From the IMG/VR virus record IMGVR_UViG_3300031851_000001: a stretch of 64,000 bases of DNA. One strand, 5' to 3'. Shown here one piece after another: positions 10,112-17,045 of the stretch. The notes below the pieces were generated by a model. That model did no database searches. It had not been told where the DNA came from and worked only from the letters and a program-made list of their open reading frames with translations. The stretch comes from a virus. Taxonomy: Duplodnaviria > Caudoviricetes. The position numbers and the translations under genes were made by a program. Position 1 is the stretch's first letter. Each line of letters opens with the position of its first letter.

Positions 10112-10635
10112 AATTTTGTATATCCTTTATATTGTAAACATCCATGACCGTCACAAACCGGTACTTTTTTGTCATGCATATTCCATATTGTATCTGTTGC
10201 CATTGCCACTTTATTTATAAACTCTCGCAGCATTCTGGGGTTCTTTTCTCTACTTATAAATGCTGAGGTATATCCGAGTTCTTTTGCAAACTTCAATTGG
10301 TCTTTGACGGTAGATATAATATGGCTTCTTGCTAATTCTCTACCGATACGACGCAATTCTTGGTTTTCCCAATAACGATTTAATATTCTAACCTCACCCT
10401 TTTCATAATATTCAGGTCTATGCCATATAGAACTAAATCCTACTATGTCGTCACCATTTTGTAATATAGAAACACAATCAAACTGAAACCAGTCTAAACC
10501 ATCATAATTAACGTGGTCATAAACTGTTTCTGATAATTGCTTTATAATGTCTGGCCTATCCTCTGGAAAAAAGCTAGTGACACTACATTCTGAGTTCAGC
10601 AATGTCATTCCAAAACTCTTTCTTTTTCTTACCAT
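10108..10635 (-). CDS. GNAT-like acyltransferase (tentative)
   Basis: GDDIVGFSSI strand, RILNRYW...LRRIG, AKELGYTSAFIS pattern typical of GNAT folds. Confidence 0.45.
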   Translation of the reverse strand: MVRKRKSFGMTLLNSECSVTSFFPEDRPDIIKQLSETVYDHVNYDGLDWFQFDCVSILQNGDDIVGFSSIWHRPEYYEKGEVRILNRYWENQELRRIGRELARSHIISTVKDQLKFAKELGYTSAFISREKNPRMLREFINKVAMATDTIWNMHDKKVPVCDGHGCLQYKGYTKL

Positions 10636-11152
10636 GAATTAATAAATGTAATCTGTCTTCGTCAGAATTATTTTCAACCATATGTGGGTAGTGAATGTTT
10701 AAAACAAACGATGAACCGGGATGATATGGTATTTCCTCGCCGTCCATAACAAACTTACTTCCCTTTGGATATGTAATAGATATATTAAGAGGATCCAGCC
10801 AGTTATGTTCTGGCACATCGATATGTTCAGCAATATAACCACCAGATTTTATAACAAGATATCTGACATCATCTATTCGAGCATATGGTAATGAATTAAC
10901 AAAATCCATAGTTGCAGGACATTGCTTTCCAATTTCAGTAATATCCTTTTTAACTTTACGTCCATATTCCCAATGACTATTTGTATTATCAGAAGCAGTG
11001 CCGTATAATGTCATAGCAAACCAATCCTTATGACCATCCTCTGGTCTATGGATAACTAATGAGTCTTTGACTAATTTATATTCTTTTTCTATATCAGAGC
11101 AAGGAACATTAAAGTTCATCTTTACCCAATGTGCGTCGCTACTTCTTTGCAT
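10583..11152 (-). CDS. aspartyl/asparaginyl beta-hydroxylase family 2OG oxygenase
   Basis: IAEHID, HMVENNSDEDRLHLLIHG. Confidence 0.8.
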   Translation of the reverse strand: MQRSSDAHWVKMNFNVPCSDIEKEYKLVKDSLVIHRPEDGHKDWFAMTLYGTASDNTNSHWEYGRKVKKDITEIGKQCPATMDFVNSLPYARIDDVRYLVIKSGGYIAEHIDVPEHNWLDPLNISITYPKGSKFVMDGEEIPYHPGSSFVLNIHYPHMVENNSDEDRLHLLIHGKKKKEFWNDIAELRM

Positions 11153-11693
11153 GATGATCACTGTGGTTTCCTTCAAGTGGAGCAAAAAGATTTATCCACC
11201 ATTTATTAGCAGCGCCGTCGTCGTCATGGGCTACCAAATTAAGTAATCCGTAAAACATAAATGATGTTGGTAATAATAACAATAAATGCGCAAGAAATAT
11301 TGGATTTATATAAAATGCTACAATATAAGTTATAACGAAAACATATAATTTGTTCTTGTGGAAAAACATAACTCTTGGATTATTATAAAGGTCCTTTACA
11401 AACTTTCTTGGTATATGCTTTACTTTATAAGCCGAAAACAATACTTCATACCATTTTTTATATTTTGGACTATGTGGGTCTAACTCAGTATCAGCATATG
11501 CGTGATGCATACGATGAACGCCTGCCCAACTTAATGGCGAACATGCGCTAGCCATAGTACCTAAGTAAATTATTATTGTTTCTAATATTGGGTGCAGTTT
11601 TATTTGCTTATGTGATATGCATCTATGATACCCTATCGTCAACCCGACAGCAGCTACTACCCAATAAAATATATAAAAGTGGACTAAAAACAT
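11139..11693 (-). CDS. compact membrane fatty-acid desaturase (delta-9-like)
   Basis: Three His boxes YHRCISH, HRMHH, NHSDHH; hydrophobic segments; GAGG SD before the ATG at 11693. Confidence 0.85.
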   Translation of the reverse strand: MFLVHFYIFYWVVAAVGLTIGYHRCISHKQIKLHPILETIIIYLGTMASACSPLSWAGVHRMHHAYADTELDPHSPKYKKWYEVLFSAYKVKHIPRKFVKDLYNNPRVMFFHKNKLYVFVITYIVAFYINPIFLAHLLLLLPTSFMFYGLLNLVAHDDDGAANKWWINLFAPLEGNHSDHHAKK

Positions 11694-11720
11694 AATTATC
11701 CTCAAAAACCTTCATGTAGT

Positions 11721-11728
11721 TATTTATA
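11721..11728 (-). promoter_or_regulatory. T4-type late promoter driving the oxygenase cluster
   Basis: TATTTATA on the plus strand, 28 nt upstream of the desaturase start. Confidence 0.65.
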
Positions 11729-11732
11729 TCTA

Positions 11733-11760
11733 TTGACATTGTTTGAAAACCGTATATAAT
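11733..11760 (+). promoter_or_regulatory. sigma70-type promoter
   Basis: TTGACA-N16-TATAAT. Confidence 0.55.
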
Positions 11761-11844
11761 AGATTTATCTACTAAACAATAATAATAGTTGTTATAATGG
11801 CTGTAACAAAATAGTAACAGTATTTTTATTAAAATGGAAATCTA

Positions 11845-11873
11845 TTGACATTTTAGCTCTACTGTATTATATA
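11845..11873 (+). promoter_or_regulatory. sigma70-type promoter of the tmRNA gene
   Basis: TTGACA-N17-TATATA just upstream of the acceptor piece. Confidence 0.6.
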
Positions 11874-11879
11874 TAACTA

Positions 11880-12162
11880 GTGAACGTTGAAATGACGTGA
11901 ATACGGATCGGACCTCGGGGCAGTACCGAGCATCTCCACCAAATTTACTCTGTAGGGTAAAAACTGATAATTTACTTTGTAGAGTAAATTTGATGGGGAT
12001 GAACAAGGATCGACGGACGGAATAGCTTAATGGAGTTCATCGGGTGATCGCGTATAGATCAATTAAACTAAATGCAAATGAAAATTTCGCACCATCTGGA
12101 TTTGCTCTAGCAGCATAATCACAGGGGGGTTGTCCACTTACCTAGCAACAGAAAAGTGGTAC
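11880..12162 (+). ncRNA. ssrA: circularly permuted (two-piece) tmRNA
   Basis: T-arm and acceptor 3' end GACCTCGG-GGCAGTA-CCGAG-CATCTCC-ACCA (11911-11941) precede the 5' end GGGGATGAACAAGGATCGAC (11995); acceptor stem has G3:U70; tag ANENFAPSGFALAA* at 12074-12118 follows TAAAT; 3' pseudoknot at 12129-12159. Outer ends are approximate. Confidence 0.93.
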
Positions 12163-12193
12163 TTAATAAAACTATTACAAGGAAAAAGGTAAC

Positions 12194-12982
12194 ATGGGTA
12201 AATTCTTATTAACAACGGCACTAACTTTGGTAGCCGGTGCAGCGATTGCACAGGAAGTAACCGAAGCACCAGTAGGATTAACTGGTAAAATTGAAACAGT
12301 AATTGCTGAAGGTGCTGGTGGAGATTGGGGTGCAACGTCATCTTTTGATCTTGGCGTATCTGCAGGATCTGGCTTAGCATCAGGTTCTATGTCTTTCGTC
12401 GTTGACTCAAATAACGATTTGGCTTTAGACGAATATTCAATCGGTACATCAATCGGTGGAACTGAATTGTCATTTGGAGACCAAGGCAATATTTGGATTG
12501 ACACAGAAAACGGTTCTTCTATTGAAGAAGCAAAGATTGCTGATGAAAGCATTCAAGCAACTATCGCAGGTGTATCAGTAGCAGCCGGCTTAAACATGGA
12601 TGATTTAACTGACATTCAAAACGTACAAGCTGGTTACGGTATTCCATTAGGAATTGCTAACATCAACGCAGTAGGTGACTATAACCTAAACAGTGAATCA
12701 TGGATTGTAGCAGGTCGCGCAGACACAGACGGTATGTTGGAAAATGTACGTATCGGTGGTGCAGTATCATACGGTTCAATTTCAGAAAAACTTGGCTTTG
12801 AAGCTGACGCTACAGTAGGACCATTAACTGGTTATATTGGCGGTGACCAAGATGATCTAATGAAAGATGCAGGCGTTAATGGTGAAGTTGCTGTTGCAGG
12901 TATCGATGTAGAAACTAAATTGAACTATAACTTTGACAGTGAAGAATTAACACCATCAGTTGGTTTAAGTTTCAACTTCTAA
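12194..12982 (+). CDS. outer-membrane porin-like beta-barrel (alphaproteobacterial type)
   Basis: Signal peptide ending AAIA-Q, acidic Gly/Asp-rich alternating beta-strands, C-terminal GLSFNF. Confidence 0.75.
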   Translation: MGKFLLTTALTLVAGAAIAQEVTEAPVGLTGKIETVIAEGAGGDWGATSSFDLGVSAGSGLASGSMSFVVDSNNDLALDEYSIGTSIGGTELSFGDQGNIWIDTENGSSIEEAKIADESIQATIAGVSVAAGLNMDDLTDIQNVQAGYGIPLGIANINAVGDYNLNSESWIVAGRADTDGMLENVRIGGAVSYGSISEKLGFEADATVGPLTGYIGGDQDDLMKDAGVNGEVAVAGIDVETKLNYNFDSEELTPSVGLSFNF

Positions 12983-13004
12983 GTTTATAAAAAATCAATA
13001 CTTT

Positions 13005-13027
13005 AGAGGGGCTTCGGCTCCTCTTTT
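13005..13027 (+). terminator. intrinsic terminator with UUCG loop
   Basis: AGAGGGGC-TTCG-GCTCCTCT-TTT. Confidence 0.8.
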
Positions 13028-13033
13028 AGTTTG

Positions 13034-13041
13034 TATAAATA
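13034..13041 (+). promoter_or_regulatory. T4-type late promoter
   Basis: TATAAATA upstream of the heme oxygenase. Confidence 0.6.
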
Positions 13042-13074
13042 AAAGGTACACCATAAAATAGAGGGCATTATATT

Positions 13075-13617
13075 ATGACTAATAAATTGAAGCAACTCAC
13101 ATGGGCACATCACCAAGCAGCTGAACGTAGAAAATTTGCTAAGCAACTAATTAGTGGTGGCATAGACCCATTCGTATATTATAAGTTTTTAAATTGTCAG
13201 TACTTAGTATACAGACTATTAGAAGACATTGTAATTATTCCACCAAACCTTACTGCAATTTATAGAGCTCCGCGTATTCTTCAGGATATGGATGAGTTAT
13301 CAGAAATTTATGGATTTGACGATATTGATAGTTATCCAGAATCAGTTGGCAGATGTATGACACACATGCAAGGATTGGCTGATGCAGACGATAACGATAG
13401 TCTATTAGCACATATGTATGTAAGGCATTTTGGTGAACTTCATGGTGGACAAATCATTAAAGCTAAGACACCCGGAAAAGGGATTATGTATGAATTTGAA
13501 GGTGACACAAAAGTACTTATCGAAGAATTTAGAAAACTATTGCACGATGGTATGGAAGTAGAAGCTAAGAAATGCTTTGATTTCGCATCAGAATTATTTG
13601 ACGAATTATCCAAATAA
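13075..13617 (+). CDS. hemO: heme oxygenase
   Basis: LKQLTWAHHQAAE proximal His helix; AHMYVRHFGELHGGQII distal helix. Confidence 0.9.
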   Translation: MTNKLKQLTWAHHQAAERRKFAKQLISGGIDPFVYYKFLNCQYLVYRLLEDIVIIPPNLTAIYRAPRILQDMDELSEIYGFDDIDSYPESVGRCMTHMQGLADADDNDSLLAHMYVRHFGELHGGQIIKAKTPGKGIMYEFEGDTKVLIEEFRKLLHDGMEVEAKKCFDFASELFDELSK

Positions 13618-13620
13618 CTA

Positions 13621-13649
13621 TTGACATTCTTAGCTATTTGTTATAAAAT
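13621..13649 (+). promoter_or_regulatory. sigma70-type promoter
   Basis: TAACTA-TTGACA-N17-TAAAAT. Confidence 0.55.
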
Positions 13650-13683
13650 ACTAATATAAATCAAAACATATAAGGAGAGTAAA

Positions 13684-13851
13684 ATGCAAGATGACGCATT
13701 AGATACAGTTAACCTTAAACCAAAACCGCGCGCTGAACGAATGCTTAAAAGTAACAGCGCACGTCGGCGGCGAAGTGTACTCAAATCAATTAGAGAAACA
13801 CGTTTGTTAAATGAATTCGCAAAACTCCGAAGATTAAGAAAAAGCAAATGA
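13684..13851 (+). CDS. 55-aa Arg/Lys-rich hypothetical protein
   Basis: AAGGAG SD, ATG at 13684, stop overlaps the next ATG (ATGA); absent from the ORF track because it is under 60 aa. Confidence 0.6.
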   Translation: MQDDALDTVNLKPKPRAERMLKSNSARRRRSVLKSIRETRLLNEFAKLRRLRKSK

Positions 13852-14534
13852 CTCCATTATGGGATAAATTGAATGATTACGCTGCGCATATTCGTGGCAA
13901 GTTTCAAGACAACTTTACTGAATATGAAGAGCCTGCTATGAACGATCTTTATTTTAAAGATTGGGATGATAGGTTTTGGCATTCACCCATTGTTAATAAA
14001 GCACATTTAAAGACTATCGTACCAGCAGATGGTAAAGGTCTTTGGTTGATGCACGTTAATGTTTTCCCTAAGGCTGGTTTAGAATTGCCAATCTTAGGGT
14101 TTGACATCGTTGCTGGACCAAAGAAAATTACTGGTTCGTTTATGGATTTCTCTCCGCTGCATGGCTTTGAGCATCCATATAGTGATTACATGGCTAATAA
14201 GGTTAAAGACTTAGAATGGAATAAACCAAGAGAACTACCAGATTGGGCAAAAGAAATATTTTCAAAATCAATGATTGCAGTTGGAAATATTAATACTGAT
14301 AAAGAATTAGACCAATTCATTGCTGTAACATCAGATCTAGTTAATTATTATTTAGATAATTTAAAAGATATGACTTATGTATCAAATCGCGATACATCAC
14401 CTTTATTAAACAAATATTGTGTTAACCAAAAGAAAAATCCGCACCTTCATCGGTCAATACTTGCTATGGGTATTACTGAAGAAGACAAAGACGATTATGT
14501 AAATAATGTTCTTTTTGCGGAGATTAACGGTTGA
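13848..14534 (+). CDS. pcyX: ferredoxin-dependent bilin reductase, PcyA/PcyX group
   Basis: KAHL, LWLMHVNVFP, LPILGFDIVAG, MDFSP, RELPDWAKEIFS, YCVNQKKNPH. Confidence 0.85.
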   Translation: MTPLWDKLNDYAAHIRGKFQDNFTEYEEPAMNDLYFKDWDDRFWHSPIVNKAHLKTIVPADGKGLWLMHVNVFPKAGLELPILGFDIVAGPKKITGSFMDFSPLHGFEHPYSDYMANKVKDLEWNKPRELPDWAKEIFSKSMIAVGNINTDKELDQFIAVTSDLVNYYLDNLKDMTYVSNRDTSPLLNKYCVNQKKNPHLHRSILAMGITEEDKDDYVNNVLFAEING

Positions 14535-14677
14535 CACTTTACGGTTGTTGTGATACAGTAGATATAAATCAAGGTTATGAGTATATAGAAATTGGCGGTT
14601 ATCATTTTAAGGTAACTGTCACGTACTGCTCTAACTGTGGGTCAATGAAATCAACTTCAAATATTAAGGAAAGTAAA

Positions 14678-14878
14678 ATGGCAGGCGACACTATTATTAT
14701 GGAAAAAGCAGGTAAAACACTTAAGGCTGAATACTTCAGTACAACTGATGGCAGCGGATGCCGGTTTTTTATTAATGAAGAATTTATTCAAGAAGAACTA
14801 TATGAAGGTAAGTCAATTCATTGGGCAGAAAGCGCGGCTGAAAACTGGCTTAGTGGGGTTAAATCATTGAATGGATAA
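14678..14878 (+). CDS. hypothetical protein
   Basis: AAGGA SD before the ATG at 14678; ends WAESAAENW; overlaps the gp33 start. Confidence 0.6.
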   Translation: MAGDTIIMEKAGKTLKAEYFSTTDGSGCRFFINEEFIQEELYEGKSIHWAESAAENWLSGVKSLNG

Positions 14879-15134
14879 AGGCAATTCCCAAGAAAAAGTT
14901 ATTAACCCTCGTACGCCTGAAAAGGTACATCACGAGATTTCAAGCATGTTATCAAATGGAGTTAATTATATTGATGCGTTAGTTGAATACGCGCGACAAA
15001 ATGGATTGGAAATAGAGGCAGTAGCCGATATAGTCAAAAAGTCTTCTATCCTAAAAGAAAAAGTTAGGACTGAAGCAGTGAAAATGAAAATGGTGATAAA
15101 AGATGATCAAGACATCACAGAGCTTTGCGAATGA
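14871..15134 (+). CDS. gp33: late-promoter transcription coactivator
   Basis: NYIDALVEYARQNGLEIEAVADIV...LKEKVRTEA; synteny with 59 and 32. Confidence 0.85.
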   Translation: MDKGNSQEKVINPRTPEKVHHEISSMLSNGVNYIDALVEYARQNGLEIEAVADIVKKSSILKEKVRTEAVKMKMVIKDDQDITELCE

Positions 15135-15705
15135 GGAATCATTTAACTGTTACGTAAAATACCTTGCAATGAAAAAGCATTTTACTACAGATGGATATGA
15201 TTATCATAAGTACAGAGGAAAAATTAGAGCATCGTTTGAGACATACCGTACTCGGAACGATGTTTTCTTTTTTCACAAACTCGCTCAAAAGGAAGACCCT
15301 GAAAAATTGTTAATGGCTAACATGATAGTCAAACCAAACATATGGATTAGGGAAATCGTTGAGCAAGACGGAGAAGATCGTTATGTGGAATGGACCAAGA
15401 AACGGGATTCATTATCACGCGTCGTTAAAGACGATCTTAATAAACTTAGAGACGAATACCAAGATAACTTTGTGTCTGTTCAAGGACAGCATCCAGCTAT
15501 TATGACTCTCTATATTCAACGGCAAATAACACTTGAGACGTTTACTATTTTAACCCATTGCGCAAATATTTTTTCGTATTGGGACCAAAAAGTAGTTGAC
15601 AAAATCGTAGCAAGTGATATAATTAGATTATCTAAGAAGTACTATCCTTTCTTAGAAATCGAACAGAAAAAGTTTAAAAATATTATACGTGAACACTTTT
15701 TCTAA
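15103..15705 (+). CDS. gp59: helicase loader
   Basis: YVKYLAMKKHF..YDYHKY.GK, ITLETF; lies between 33 and 32. Confidence 0.9.
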   Translation: MIKTSQSFANEESFNCYVKYLAMKKHFTTDGYDYHKYRGKIRASFETYRTRNDVFFFHKLAQKEDPEKLLMANMIVKPNIWIREIVEQDGEDRYVEWTKKRDSLSRVVKDDLNKLRDEYQDNFVSVQGQHPAIMTLYIQRQITLETFTILTHCANIFSYWDQKVVDKIVASDIIRLSKKYYPFLEIEQKKFKNIIREHFF

Positions 15706-15713
15706 TATAAATA
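15706..15713 (+). promoter_or_regulatory. T4-type late promoter
   Basis: TATAAATA upstream of gene 32. Confidence 0.6.
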
Positions 15714-15786
15714 GATGGTCGGCTTAACGACAAATACATCGCAATATAAACAAACGCTATACACAGCAAAATTAGGAGATATAACC

Positions 15787-16725
15787 ATGTCAATGGATTT
15801 CAACGCACTTAAGAAGAATCGTTCAGCTTCTCTAAACAAATTGAACTCACAGCTCGAGAAAATTCAAACTAAGAGCTATTCAGATCCCAACGAAGGTAAA
15901 ATGTGGAAACCAACGCGCGATAAAGCGGGTAACGGTTTTGCTATTATTCGATTCTTGCCAGCCGCGCAAGGTGAAGAAATGCCATTCGTTCGCATCTGGG
16001 ACCACGGTTTTCAAGGACCAACAGGATTATGGTATATTGAAAACTCACTTACGACCGTTAACCAAGACGATCCAGTATCCGAGTACAACTCAAAGTTGTG
16101 GAACTCTGGTCTCGAGTCTGATAAAGAGTTAGCTCGTAAACAAAAGCGTCGACTAAAGTACGTGGCAAATATCCTCGTCGTAAAAGACGGTGCAAACCCT
16201 GAAAATGATGGTAAAGTCTTTATGTACCAATTTGGTAAAAAGATTTTTGACAAACTAAACGATCTGATGAACCCAACGTTCGAAGACGAGAGACCAGTCA
16301 ATCCATTTGATTTCTGGGAAGGCGCTAACTTCCGTTTGAAAATTCGTAAGTTTGAAGGATATCCTAACTATGACAAATCTGAGTTTGACTCACCATCGGC
16401 TATTGCTGATGACGACTCAGTAATCGAAGGTATTTGGAACCAACAGCACAAGTTGCAAGAGTTGGTAGATCCAAAGAACTTCAAATCATACGCAGAGTTG
16501 AAAACAAAACTTTATCGTGTACTTGCTTTAGGTGAAGAAGCTGCAGTGCCAGCCACCGCTGAGGAAAATGATGATTTGGATTTGAGCAGCTTTGGTAATA
16601 CTAGCAAGTCAGCTCCAGAACCAACCTTGAAAGAAGCAATGCCTGAGGCAAGCACTTCGCAAGGAATGTCAATGGACGATGACGACGATGATCTATCTAT
16701 TTTTAAGGAACTAGCAAATGGCTAA
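15787..16725 (+). CDS. gp32: single-stranded DNA-binding protein
   Basis: DKAGNGFAIIRFLP, YKFGKKI-like YQFGKKIFDK, NPFDFWEGANFRLK, acidic C-terminal tail; AGGAG SD. Confidence 0.95.
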   Translation: MSMDFNALKKNRSASLNKLNSQLEKIQTKSYSDPNEGKMWKPTRDKAGNGFAIIRFLPAAQGEEMPFVRIWDHGFQGPTGLWYIENSLTTVNQDDPVSEYNSKLWNSGLESDKELARKQKRRLKYVANILVVKDGANPENDGKVFMYQFGKKIFDKLNDLMNPTFEDERPVNPFDFWEGANFRLKIRKFEGYPNYDKSEFDSPSAIADDDSVIEGIWNQQHKLQELVDPKNFKSYAELKTKLYRVLALGEEAAVPATAEENDDLDLSSFGNTSKSAPEPTLKEAMPEASTSQGMSMDDDDDDLSIFKELANG

Positions 16726-17044
16726 TAAAGTCTACGAAGAAGTTCTAGACTTTGACTTTGGTTTCAGCTTTATTGATGAAGAGCTTCAAGAAAAAGAAGC
16801 TGAAGCCAAGGACGCCATTCAAAAAGTCAGCAGCGAGAAGCAAACACTTGAGGATCAACTCACTGATGCTAAACTTGCGGCTGACGACCTTGAATATCGT
16901 TTAGAACTATTATTTAAATCGGTAACACCGTTCTTGGATAACTTATGTAAGAATTCTGAGAAATCAACAATTTATTGGCCTGATCGCGTAAGTAAGATTG
17001 AGGCTTATAAGAGTAAACTTAAATCAATAGTAGAAGGTAGTTAA
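16718..17044 (+). CDS. hypothetical coiled-coil protein
   Basis: Tightly packed ORF between 32 and uvsX; FDFGFSF and IYWPDR motifs. Confidence 0.7.
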   Translation: MANKVYEEVLDFDFGFSFIDEELQEKEAEAKDAIQKVSSEKQTLEDQLTDAKLAADDLEYRLELLFKSVTPFLDNLCKNSEKSTIYWPDRVSKIEAYKSKLKSIVEGS

Positions 17045-17045
17045 T

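Noticed and set aside
11911-11941. tRNA-like T-arm and CCA end as a tRNA gene
   Set aside because: No anticodon arm; the pairing 5' strand lies downstream at 11995 and is followed by a tag frame, so this is the acceptor piece of a permuted tmRNA
181-12552. Numerous short opposite-strand ORFs in the track (e.g. 207..560, 561..863, 12175..12552)
   Set aside because: They overlap well-supported genes on the other strand and lack SD sequences and motifs
14531-14677. N-terminal extension of ORF 14531..14878 (TTG start, Cys-rich)
   Set aside because: The TTG is part of a TTGACA promoter-like hexamer and a better SD precedes ATG 14678; a separate tiny CxxC ORF cannot be excluded but is unsupported
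15715-15786. T4 gene 32 autoregulatory pseudoknot
   Set aside because: The leader is A-rich and unstructured, compatible with gp32 binding, but I could not identify a pseudoknot
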